NCBI GenBank assembly: GCA_041659285.1
Contig: JBAZYO010000005.1
Coordinates: forward strand, 83,188 to 147,187
Direction: 5' to 3'
Source: Vicinamibacterales bacterium
GTDB lineage: Bacteria > Acidobacteriota > Vicinamibacteria > Vicinamibacterales > UBA2999
DNA length: 64,000 nucleotides
A program made the translations under genes and the position numbers. Position 1 is the stretch's first letter. Each line of letters begins with the position of its first letter. The notes below the pieces were generated by a model, which worked only from the letters and a program-made list of their open reading frames with translations, was not told the origin of the DNA and searched no databases. Of the stretch, positions 10,091-18,536 are shown piece by piece.

Positions 10091-11022
10091 CCAGTCCGTG
10101 CCCCGCGTGTCATTCGACTTCGAGCTCGTTGTCGCATCATTCCGTCCGGAACGGCCTCACGACCGTCAGGTGCAGGACCTGTGGGCTGCGATTCATCCAA
10201 GAGCGAATCGACGAGCACCAACAGACCAGCCTCTACGCAGATGAAGACACCTACCGTCACTTTGCCGAAGCTGAGCGCAGCGTAACGGCCGTTCCTCAAC
10301 GCAGGCGAGAGTGGGCCAGTCTGCTGGCGGAGGCGATACTTGCCGAAGACTTCGCCGTGCGGCGCGGTCGCCGCCCCCGGCTGCTCGACATCGGCTGCGG
10401 CGCTGGCGATTTTCTCGTTATTGCGAGAGATGCAGGCTTCGACGCTCATGGCGTCGAGCTCTCGGCCGCTGCCGCCCGGCTTGCGAAACAAGACCATCAA
10501 CTCGACGTGACGGTGGGGGACTTCAAATCCGAGAGCCGCGAAGGATATTTCGAGGCGATCGCGCTAATTGGCGTCCTTGAGCACGTTCGAGACCCGAGCG
10601 AGTTAATGTTCCAAGCGGGCAGATTGCTAGCCCCTGGAGGCGTTCTACTAATCTATACGCCTGTGTGGGGTGTCTACGATCGTGTTTCGAGCGGCCTTGC
10701 CCGGTTGACGCGAGGCCACTGGAGCCGCCTGATAGACCGTCGCATCAATACGGCGCACCTTCAGATCTTTCCACAACGCACTCTCGTCAGATTAGCCGAG
10801 ACCAACGGGCTCAACGTCACCCACAGTCTGAGAGTCTGCGAGTACAACCTGCCCGTTCACCATTACTTGAGTTCAGTCGGAATCGAATCCGCCTGGTTCA
10901 TGGGGTTCTTCGAGAGATGCGTGAACACGCTTATCAACACGAATCTCTTCTTTCGAAACAACCAGCGAGTCCTTATTTCAAAACCGATTTGCGTTCAGCC
11001 ATCAGACTCAACACCGTGCTGA
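10087..11022 (+). CDS. class I SAM-dependent methyltransferase with N-terminal zinc-ribbon
   Basis: 'CPACHS...CRTCGL' followed by 'LLDIGCGAGDF' and 'IALIGVLEHV'. ATG 10087 overlaps the upstream stop (ATGA). Confidence 0.8.
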   Translation: MTSPCPACHSTSSSLSHHSVRNGLTTVRCRTCGLRFIQERIDEHQQTSLYADEDTYRHFAEAERSVTAVPQRRREWASLLAEAILAEDFAVRRGRRPRLLDIGCGAGDFLVIARDAGFDAHGVELSAAAARLAKQDHQLDVTVGDFKSESREGYFEAIALIGVLEHVRDPSELMFQAGRLLAPGGVLLIYTPVWGVYDRVSSGLARLTRGHWSRLIDRRINTAHLQIFPQRTLVRLAETNGLNVTHSLRVCEYNLPVHHYLSSVGIESAWFMGFFERCVNTLINTNLFFRNNQRVLISKPICVQPSDSTPC

Positions 11023-11085
11023 GTTCAAGCCGAAGCAGACGTCGGCGGTAAGTCCCTACCAGACATAGCCAATCTTCCAGCGATC

Positions 11086-12348
11086 GTGCGAGTCCTAGCA
11101 ATCGGTATGAATTACCTGCCCGAGTCGGCCTCGATTGGGCCGTACACAGCGGCGTTAGCCACCTTTCTACAGGACCGTGGGCACAGTGTGCATGTCGTTA
11201 CCAGTTTTCCGATGGCGCCGCAGTGGCGAGTATGGGATGGGTACCGGGGTGAGTGGTTCCGGAGGGAGGTGATCAACGGCATCCCAGTTCGGCGCACCTA
11301 CGCGTACGTGCCAGCGGATCCGCGCCGTACGATCAATCGTGTGCTGTATGACTGCTCGTTCAGTGTGTCTGCGCTAGCGGGCTGCTTTGGCGATGGGCGG
11401 TACGACATCGTCATCGCGATCTCGCCGCCGCTGCAGCTCGGCCTGACCGGATGGCTCGTGTCCCGGCTGTTCCGAGTGCCCCTGTTCTTCCATATTCAGG
11501 ATCTTGTGCCTGACGCGGCCATCGCCACGGGGCTGTTGTCGCCGGAATCATTGTCAATCCGCGTGGCCCGGGCGCTCGAGCGGTTTGTCTACAGGCGTGC
11601 TGCGGGTATTGGCGTGATCTGCCAGGGATTCCATAACAACCTTGTCGCCAAAGGTCTGGCGCCTGACAAGATTCACATTCTGCCAAACTCGATCGATTTG
11701 AACTTCATGCGCGAACACGTCAAAGACAACCCGTTTAGGAGGGCGCACGGCCTGGCTTCGGACGACATCGTCCTGATGTACTCGGGGAGCATCGCACTCA
11801 AGCAGGGCCTCGAGGTAATGGTGGACGCCGCGGGATTGCTCACCGACATACCGAAGCTACAGTTCGTCGTTGTAGGCGAAGGGCCACCTCTTGAGCGGCT
11901 TAAGCAACGAGCCGAGACACGGGCGCTCCAGAACATCCACTTTCTCCCGTTCCAGCCTCGCGAGAGCCTGCCCGAGCAACTTGGTGCTGCCGACGCCTTG
12001 GTCATCACTCAACGCCGCGCCGTCACCGACTTCGCCTTTCCGGGCAAGCTCTTGTACTACATGGCGGCCGCGCGCCCCGTCTTGGCAGCAGTTAGCGCGG
12101 ACAGCGAAACGGGGCGATTCGTCGCGGCGCAAAAAGTGGGCCTGGTCACGCCCCCCGAAGACGCACTTGCGATGGCGCAAAACATCAGGGCCCTACTGGC
12201 CAGCGACATGACGGCTACGGGGCGCCGCAGCCGATCGGTCGCGGAGCAGCTGTTCGACAATCGCACCGTTCTTCCTGCATTTGAAGAGGTTCTGCAATCG
12301 CTGGTCCGATCGGCAGGATCCTCGGCGGTGAGCGGTTCTGCCAAATGA
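11086..12348 (+). CDS. glycosyltransferase family 4, WcaI/WbuB-like
   Basis: N-terminus 'MRVLAIGMNYLPESASIGPYTAALATFLQDRGHSVHVVTSFP'. GTG start. Confidence 0.75.
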   Translation: MRVLAIGMNYLPESASIGPYTAALATFLQDRGHSVHVVTSFPMAPQWRVWDGYRGEWFRREVINGIPVRRTYAYVPADPRRTINRVLYDCSFSVSALAGCFGDGRYDIVIAISPPLQLGLTGWLVSRLFRVPLFFHIQDLVPDAAIATGLLSPESLSIRVARALERFVYRRAAGIGVICQGFHNNLVAKGLAPDKIHILPNSIDLNFMREHVKDNPFRRAHGLASDDIVLMYSGSIALKQGLEVMVDAAGLLTDIPKLQFVVVGEGPPLERLKQRAETRALQNIHFLPFQPRESLPEQLGAADALVITQRRAVTDFAFPGKLLYYMAAARPVLAAVSADSETGRFVAAQKVGLVTPPEDALAMAQNIRALLASDMTATGRRSRSVAEQLFDNRTVLPAFEEVLQSLVRSAGSSAVSGSAK

Positions 12349-13160
12349 GTATCCTCACGCCGGGTAACATAGCGGTCGTCACTGGCGGATCGAGCGGCAT
12401 TGGGCAGGCGGTCGCGGCGGCGCTCACCGATCTCGAGTTACGCGTCGTCATTGCAAGCGATCGGGTGACAGATCTTGAGCGGGCCGCTGGGGAACTATCG
12501 GCCCAGGGACGGCTGGTGGACCGCATTCTGTGCGACGTGCAGAGCCGGGAGGCAGTTGAACGAATGGCCGTGGAACTAATTTCGCGCTACGGCCGAGTTG
12601 ATTTACTCATCAACAACGCCGGCTACGCGGTCTACCGGTCATTCGAAGAAAGCTCGCTCGACGAGATTGAGAGTCTGCTGGACGTGAATCTCGCCGGCGC
12701 GATGCGGTGTACCAAGGCATTTCTGCCGTCCATGATCTCCCGGCGCGCCGGGCGCATCGTGAACATCGCCTCATTAGCCGGTGGAGTGATCATCACGCCC
12801 AACGCCGTGTACTGTGCGGCGAAACACGGTATGGTGGCATGGACCCGGACGCTGCGGTATGAGCTCGACCGCTTTGGGCTCTCGGCAAACGTCGTCTGCC
12901 CGGGTCTGACCAAGACCCGGTTCCATGACCATCCAACCTTCCAGCGCCGACAAAACCACCGCCGAGACGGCCGCTCCTGGATGATGCCTGAGCAAGTCGC
13001 GGCTCAGGTGATCCGGGCAATCCGCCGCGACCGTGCAGTTACATACGTGCCTGGGTGGCAGGGCCTAGTTGCCTGGGCGTTGGCTGCAGCTCCATTTGCA
13101 GTTGAGCCGCTGTGGGGGCGCGTGATGCGGAAGCGCATCTCGGCGCTGTACGAGGACTGA
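12345..13160 (+). CDS. SDR family oxidoreductase
   Basis: 'VVTGGSSGIGQAVA' (TGxxxGxG) and 'YCAAKHG' (YxxxK). ATGA overlap with the upstream gene. Confidence 0.85.
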   Translation: MSILTPGNIAVVTGGSSGIGQAVAAALTDLELRVVIASDRVTDLERAAGELSAQGRLVDRILCDVQSREAVERMAVELISRYGRVDLLINNAGYAVYRSFEESSLDEIESLLDVNLAGAMRCTKAFLPSMISRRAGRIVNIASLAGGVIITPNAVYCAAKHGMVAWTRTLRYELDRFGLSANVVCPGLTKTRFHDHPTFQRRQNHRRDGRSWMMPEQVAAQVIRAIRRDRAVTYVPGWQGLVAWALAAAPFAVEPLWGRVMRKRISALYED

Positions 13161-13224
13161 TTCTGCGAAGGAACTCACTTCATTCCTAGAGGCGCGGCGA
13201 CGCGATGTGCCAGTCAGTGGCGAT

Positions 13225-13542
13225 TTAAGCCCTGTTCTGCCTCGTCGCTGCCGTGCCGCACCGCGCCGTCGCGCTGCGGCCTTCCTTTCTTGAGATTGGG
13301 TGGCACTGGCAGAAACTGGACACGATCCAGTCACTGCTGATGACCAGCGCCGTCTCGATGCGGGCAACGTAGGATTGCGACGTTTTCATGCGCCGGGCGA
13401 GTTGTGTTTGCGACAACCCGGCGCCCGTCCTGGCCTCGATGATGCTGCGGACGAGCTCTAATTCTTTTCCCAGCGCCTGGTACGCCGTCTTGAATTTCGG
13501 GTTCTTCATCCAGGCCCGACGCAGGTCTTTGACCTTGGTCAT
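13225..13542 (-). CDS. XRE-family HTH antitoxin-like protein with atypical C-terminal tail
   Basis: 'LSQTQLARRMKTSQSYVARIE' is an HTH_3 motif. ATG 13542 overlaps the toxin stop (ATGA). The last ~45 aa ('ALVISSDWIVSSFCQCHPISRKEGRS...') do not look like the family. Confidence 0.6.
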   Translation of the reverse strand: MTKVKDLRRAWMKNPKFKTAYQALGKELELVRSIIEARTGAGLSQTQLARRMKTSQSYVARIETALVISSDWIVSSFCQCHPISRKEGRSATARCGTAATRQNRA

Positions 13543-13799
13543 TTCTCCAAATCCTTCGCGCGCGCAAAGCCGGCCTGGCCCTTCAGCCGGATTTCCCAAA
13601 TCGAGTCCCGAATGTGTTTGACGTGCGGCTCTCTGACGTTGGGCAGACCGACGGCCTCGATCAACTCAGCGATGCGAACGAAACGCGCCTGCATCTCCTC
13701 AGGGAGGTCGGCAAGCTCGCCGTCCACCGTGTCGTTGAGCGTTTCGACAGTCCATCCCACAGTTTCGACTATACCGTGTCTGGTATTTTTCGAGCCCAC
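13539..13799 (-). pseudogene. Gp49/HigB-like RelE-superfamily toxin, C-terminally truncated
   Basis: 'ELADLPEEMQARFVRIAELIEAVGLPNVREPHVKHIRDSIWEIRLKGQAGFARA' matches the N-terminal two thirds of phage Gp49-like toxins. The protein then ends after 'KDLEK', so the usual C-terminal beta strands are missing. Confidence 0.55.
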
Positions 13800-13848
13800 G
13801 TCTGACGGGGTTCAGCACAAGGGTTCACAAGATCAGCCGGAGCAGCTC

Positions 13849-13911
13849 TCAACGGAATAGCCCGGCGCCCGCTGATTCAGCGCAGGCTTCATCTTTCGCT
13901 TCGTGTCCATT
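13849..13911. repeat. chimeric duplicate: 36-nt copy of 14286-14321 fused directly to a 27-nt copy of 14871-14897
   Basis: 'tcaacggaatagcccggcgcccgctgattcagcgca' matches 14286-14321 at 35/36. 'ggcttcatctttcgcttcgtgtccatt' is identical to an internal piece of the epimerase gene. Confidence 0.85.
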
Positions 13912-14015
13912 TTCTAACCTCAAGGTCAGAGACCACGTGATGCTGGGAGATCCACCGGCGTCGGTTACCGAGCGGAAACGGTGTTGTCGTAGCCGAGCTG
14001 CGCTACACTAACCTC

Positions 14016-14350
14016 ATGCCTACCGTCAGTCTCAGGGCCCACTACGACGGCAAGACGATCCGGAGCCGTTTGACTTGCCTCCGAACGCGCGCTTGATGGT
14101 GACCGTGCTGCCGCCGATGACGGACACTGACCACGAAGACTGGGCGAGTCTGTCGGCGGCGAATCTGGCGCGCGCGTACGGGGACGACGAGCCGGACTAC
14201 ACTGAAACAAGCGTGAGGGACAGGCTCTGCCAACATCTTTCTGGCGGTCAGCGACAAGACCAGCCGAGAGCAGCCGCCGCAGCCGTCAACGGAATAGCCC
14301 GGCGCGCGCTGATTCAGCGCACCCGGTTCGGCACGAAGAACCTGCTCTAG
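14016..14350 (+). pseudogene. DUF104-type small antitoxin-like gene, frameshifted
   Basis: ATG 14016 gives 'MPTVSLRAHYDGKTI' and stops at 14094. The continuation 'EPFDLPPNARLMVTVLPP...EDWASLSAANLARAYGDDEPDYTE' is in another frame (ORF 14075..14350). The frame switches near 14060. Confidence 0.5.
14286..14321. repeat. 36-nt direct repeat, second copy
   Basis: 35/36 identical to 13849-13884. Confidence 0.85.
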
Positions 14351-14372
14351 GCGAATACCGCCATTACCACGA

Positions 14373-15329
14373 ATGCGCGCTTGCATCACAGGCGGTAGCG
14401 GCTTCATTGGAAGCACACTGGCGGATAGGCTGATCGCCGAGGATCACGACGTTATTGTGTACGACAACTTCTCTACTGGCGATCGCCGCTTCCTCGACTC
14501 CGCCACCCGCTCGCCCCGTCTCCGCATCGTCGAAAACGACACACTGCATCCCGAGCCCCTCACTGAGGCGATAGCGGGGTGCGACGTCGTGTTTCACCTG
14601 GCCGCCAATGCCGACGTCCGCTTCGGCACCGAGCATCCAGGGAAGGACCTGCAGCAGAACACCATCGCCACCTTCACCGTGCTGGAAGCCATGCGGGCAT
14701 CAGGAGTGAAGCGCATTGTGTTCTCGTCCACGGGATCGGTGTACGGCGAGCCATCCACTTTCCCCACGCCGGAAGACGCGCCCTTCCCGGTTCAGACATC
14801 CCTCTACGGCGCATCGAAGCTCTCAGGTGAGAGCCTGATCGCCGCCTACTGTGAGGGCTTCGGATTCGAAGGCTTCATCTTTCGCTTCGTGTCCATTCTT
14901 GGTGAGCGCTACACGCACGGACACGTGTTCGACTTCTGCAAGAGCCTGTTGCGCGACCCGTCGACACTGAAGGTGCTGGGAAACGGCAAACAACGAAAGT
15001 CGTACCTCTACGTCCACGACTGCATCGACGCCATCCTGATGGCCTTGGATAAAGCGCCCGATCGATTCAACCTTTTTAATCTCGGCACGGATGAGTACTG
15101 CCAGGTCAGCGACTCGATCGGCTGGATTACTAACCGCCTCGGTGTTTCGCCACAGCTTCAGTACACGGGCGGGGAGCGTGGCTGGATCGGCGACAGCCCC
15201 TTCATTTTCCTCGACTGCTCACGCATTCGCGCGCTCGGGTGGAAGCCCACCCTGACCATCCAGCAGGCTGTAATCCGAACCGTCGACTACCTGCTGGAGA
15301 ACAAGCACCTGATGGACCAGCGCTCGTGA
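14373..15329 (+). CDS. NAD-dependent epimerase/dehydratase (extended SDR, UDP-sugar epimerase/decarboxylase-like)
   Basis: 'ITGGSGFIGSTLADRL' and 'YGASKLSGE'. Confidence 0.85.
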   Translation: MRACITGGSGFIGSTLADRLIAEDHDVIVYDNFSTGDRRFLDSATRSPRLRIVENDTLHPEPLTEAIAGCDVVFHLAANADVRFGTEHPGKDLQQNTIATFTVLEAMRASGVKRIVFSSTGSVYGEPSTFPTPEDAPFPVQTSLYGASKLSGESLIAAYCEGFGFEGFIFRFVSILGERYTHGHVFDFCKSLLRDPSTLKVLGNGKQRKSYLYVHDCIDAILMALDKAPDRFNLFNLGTDEYCQVSDSIGWITNRLGVSPQLQYTGGERGWIGDSPFIFLDCSRIRALGWKPTLTIQQAVIRTVDYLLENKHLMDQRS

Positions 15330-16618
15330 AGGTGTGCGTTCTGGGCCTTTGGCACCTGGGCTCCGTGACAGCGGCATGTGTGGCCAGCCTCGGACACGAT
15401 GTCGTCGGTCACGACCTGGACGAATCGGTCGTAGCAGGCCTCAGTGAAGCCAGGCCTCCCGTGGGCGAGCCCGGACTTCCGGAGCTGATTCAACAGCAAC
15501 TCGACTCCGGGCGCCTGACGTTCACGGCTGACCTCGCCACCGCACTTCGAGGAGCAGAGGTGGTGTGGGTCACCTACGACACACCGGTCGACGAGGAAGA
15601 CAGGGCGGACGTTGAGCATGTGACCTCGGCAGTGGAGCGGACCTTTCCAAACCTGGAAGACGGTTCGCTCGTGTTGACGTCGTCGCAGCTTCCCGTCGGC
15701 ACGACGAGAGAGCTCGAGCGTCGATGGATGGCAAGGTCAGACGGCCGGAAGGTCGCCTTCGCATACTCGCCGGAGAACCTCAGGCTAGGGAAAGCGATTG
15801 ACGTCTTTCTGTCGCCAGATCGAATCGTCGTTGGCTCTCGGGAGCAGGACCGTCCGCTCGTCGCCGAACTCTTTGGGCCGCTCGCGGATAAAATCGTGTG
15901 GATGGGCGTCGAATCGGCGGAGATGACCAAACATGCGGTGAACGCCTTCCTCGCCACGTCGGTCACCTTCATCAACGAGGTCGCCCGGCTTTGTGAGGCG
16001 GTTGGCGCCGATGCGGCCGAAGTAGAGCGTGGGCTCAAGACCGAGGCCCGGATTGGACCAAAGGCATATCTCGGTCCCGGCGCCGCATTTGCCGGCGGTA
16101 CCCTCGCCAGGGACGTCCAGTTCCTCCGGGCGATCGCCACCCAACACAACCGCACAACGCCACTCCTCAACGGCCTCGCGGAGAGCAATGCCCAGCATCG
16201 GTCGTGGACGATCGACCGCGTCGAAAACACCCTGGGGTCGCTCCGCGGGCACCGCATTGCCGTTTGGGGCCTTACCTACAAGGCCGGAACAACAACCCTG
16301 CGGCGCTCGGATGCCGTTGCGCTCTGCAACCAGCTCCTGGAGCGTGGCGCTACCGTGCTGGCACACGATCCGACGGTGAAGACCTCGCCGACAGAGCTGG
16401 ACAGTGCGATCGAGGTCTGCAGCGATCCCATCGAAACTGCGGCGGATACCGATGCGCTGGTGGTGGCCACCGGGTGGCCGCTGTATCGAGACGTCGCGCC
16501 AGATCGGCTTTTCGCGACCATGAAACGCCCGGTGGTCGTGGATGCCAACAGGTTTCTTGGCGCCACGATCGGTGCGGATACCCGGTTCGAGTACTTCTCG
16601 GTCGGCCGGCACCACTAA
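15326..16618 (+). CDS. UDP-glucose/GDP-mannose dehydrogenase family protein
   Basis: 'VKVCVLGLWHLGSVTAACVASLGHDVVGHD'. GTG 15326 overlaps the upstream stop (GTGA). The longer ORF start at 15239 is rejected. Confidence 0.85.
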   Translation: MKVCVLGLWHLGSVTAACVASLGHDVVGHDLDESVVAGLSEARPPVGEPGLPELIQQQLDSGRLTFTADLATALRGAEVVWVTYDTPVDEEDRADVEHVTSAVERTFPNLEDGSLVLTSSQLPVGTTRELERRWMARSDGRKVAFAYSPENLRLGKAIDVFLSPDRIVVGSREQDRPLVAELFGPLADKIVWMGVESAEMTKHAVNAFLATSVTFINEVARLCEAVGADAAEVERGLKTEARIGPKAYLGPGAAFAGGTLARDVQFLRAIATQHNRTTPLLNGLAESNAQHRSWTIDRVENTLGSLRGHRIAVWGLTYKAGTTTLRRSDAVALCNQLLERGATVLAHDPTVKTSPTELDSAIEVCSDPIETAADTDALVVATGWPLYRDVAPDRLFATMKRPVVVDANRFLGATIGADTRFEYFSVGRHH

Positions 16619-16631
16619 AGTGGTGCCCTAC
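16608..16631 (-). repeat. GTAG-capped hairpin (REP-like), variant stem
   Basis: 'ggcaccac taaa gtggtgcc ctac'. The loop contains the TAA stop of the dehydrogenase gene. GTAG reads on the minus strand. Confidence 0.7.
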
Positions 16632-16644
16632 TGGAGAATCTGAA

Positions 16645-17529
16645 GTGGCGCCCCACGCGAATAGCGAGCTGACCGGACGGAACGCCATCATTACCGGGGC
16701 AAGCCAGGGCCTCGGGAAGGAAATCGCGCGGGCCTACCTCGCGGCCGGCGCAAGCGTCCTGCTCTGCGCTCGCAGTGCCGATGACCTTGAGAGAGCTCAG
16801 TCGGAGCTTCAGCACGACTTGGCCCCCGGTCGCGTGCTGAGCCAGACCGCCGACGTGTCCAAACCTGAAGAGGCCGAACACCTGGTCGAAGCGGCCCTCC
16901 AGCAGTGGAACCATGTCGACATTCTCGTCAACAACGCCGGCGTCTACGGGCCGTTAGGACCGTCGGACGAGGTGGACTGGCTCGAATGGACGCGAGCCAT
17001 CGAGACCAACCTCTATGGCTCAGTACTTCCCGCGCGCGCCCTGCTACCGCATTTCAAGAAGCGCCGCTACGGGAAGATCGTACAGATATCCGGCGGCGGC
17101 GCCACGAATCCTCTGCCTCGCATCACTGCATACGCAGCCTCAAAAGCGGCGGTGATTCGCTTCGCCGAATCACTGGCTGAAGAGGTACGGGAGTTTCACA
17201 TTGATGTGAACGCAATCGCACCGGGCGCGCTGAACACGCGGATGATGGATCAATTGATTGCGGCCGGACCCGAAGCCGTGGGCGAGTCCTTTTACTCGAG
17301 AATGGAGCGCATCAAATCGGAGGGCGGCACCTCCCTGGAACGAGGTGCGGCGCTCGCGGTGTTTCTGGGATCGCCCGCCAGCGACGGCCTGACCGGCCGG
17401 CTGATCAGCGCGGCGTGGGACTCCTGGGAGAAACTGCCGGATCGCATTAATGAGATTGCCGGGACCGATATCTATACCCTCCGCCGAGTTACTGCCGCCG
17501 ACCGGGGCAAGGACTGGGACAAGCCTTGA
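16645..17529 (+). CDS. SDR family oxidoreductase
   Basis: 'IITGASQGLGKEIA' and 'YAASKAA'. GTG 16645 is preceded by GGAGA at 16633-16637. The upstream 147 codons of ORF 16204..17529 overlap the dehydrogenase gene and are rejected. Confidence 0.8.
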   Translation: MAPHANSELTGRNAIITGASQGLGKEIARAYLAAGASVLLCARSADDLERAQSELQHDLAPGRVLSQTADVSKPEEAEHLVEAALQQWNHVDILVNNAGVYGPLGPSDEVDWLEWTRAIETNLYGSVLPARALLPHFKKRRYGKIVQISGGGATNPLPRITAYAASKAAVIRFAESLAEEVREFHIDVNAIAPGALNTRMMDQLIAAGPEAVGESFYSRMERIKSEGGTSLERGAALAVFLGSPASDGLTGRLISAAWDSWEKLPDRINEIAGTDIYTLRRVTAADRGKDWDKP

Positions 17530-18509
17530 TTCCTGCCGTGGCCATCGTCGGATGCGGATTGATCGGCAAGAAACGGAAGGCGGCGCTCGGCAAGGCACGC
17601 CTTGTAGCCTGCGTCGATCGCGATCTCTCCCGAGCGCAGAGTCTGGCCGCCGGCTCACCAGAAGCCATCGCAGCGACGAGTCTCGATCAGGTCCTAAGAC
17701 ACAACATCGACATCGTGGTCGTGGCGACGACCAACGACGCGCTGGCCGACACCGCGTGCGCAGCGCTTGACGCAGGTTGCCACGTAATCGTCGAGAAGCC
17801 TGCGGCCAGGACGGTCGCTGAACTCGACCGCATCAAGACTGCTGCCGGTCGCGCGCAGAGGCTAGTGCGGGTGGGCTTCAATCATCGCTACCATCCGGCG
17901 CTGCTGAAAGCCAAAGAGATCGTCGACTCGGGGGCACTGGGTCCGCTCATGTTCGTGCGGGGCCGCTACGGGCATGGTGGCCGCCTCGGATACGACCGAG
18001 AGTGGCGCGCCGATCCGGTGCTGTCGGGAGGCGGAGAACTGATCGACCAGGGTGTGCACCTGATCGACCTGTCGCGTTGGTACCTCGGGGCCGAGTTCAC
18101 GGAGATCGCGGGTTTCGCCGGCACGTTCTATTGGGACATGCCGGTCGACGACAACGCCTTCCTGACCCTGCGCACCGCGACTGGCGCGACGGCGTTCCTG
18201 CATATGAGCTGCTCGGAGTGGAAGAACCTGTTCTCGCTCGAAATCTACGGACGCAACGGAAAGCTCCACATTGAGGGGCTCGGCGGCAGCTACGGTGTTG
18301 AACGGCTCACGTGGTACCGCATGCTTCCAGAAATGGGCCCACCCGAAACCGAAGCGTGGGAGTTCCCGCGCGGTGACCGATCGTGGGAGCTCGAGTTCGG
18401 AGAATTTCTGGATGACATCGCCGCGAACCGGACACCCGCCGCTGGGCTGAGCGATGCGCGCGCGGCGCTGGCCGTTGTTGAACGGATCTATCGCAATGGC
18501 ACCCCATAA
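17526..18509 (+). CDS. Gfo/Idh/MocA family oxidoreductase
   Basis: N-terminal Rossmann motif 'VAIVGCGLIGKKR', then 'EKP' and a C-terminal alpha/beta domain. TTGA overlap with the upstream gene. Confidence 0.8.
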   Translation: MIPAVAIVGCGLIGKKRKAALGKARLVACVDRDLSRAQSLAAGSPEAIAATSLDQVLRHNIDIVVVATTNDALADTACAALDAGCHVIVEKPAARTVAELDRIKTAAGRAQRLVRVGFNHRYHPALLKAKEIVDSGALGPLMFVRGRYGHGGRLGYDREWRADPVLSGGGELIDQGVHLIDLSRWYLGAEFTEIAGFAGTFYWDMPVDDNAFLTLRTATGATAFLHMSCSEWKNLFSLEIYGRNGKLHIEGLGGSYGVERLTWYRMLPEMGPPETEAWEFPRGDRSWELEFGEFLDDIAANRTPAAGLSDARAALAVVERIYRNGTP

Positions 18510-18522
18510 AGGGGTGCCCTAC
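18498..18522 (-). repeat. GTAG-capped hairpin (REP-like)
   Basis: 'ggcacccc ataaa ggggtgcc ctac'. The left arm encodes the last codons (G-T-P) and the loop holds the TAA of the oxidoreductase gene. Confidence 0.75.
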
Positions 18523-18536
18523 GACTACCAATCCCA

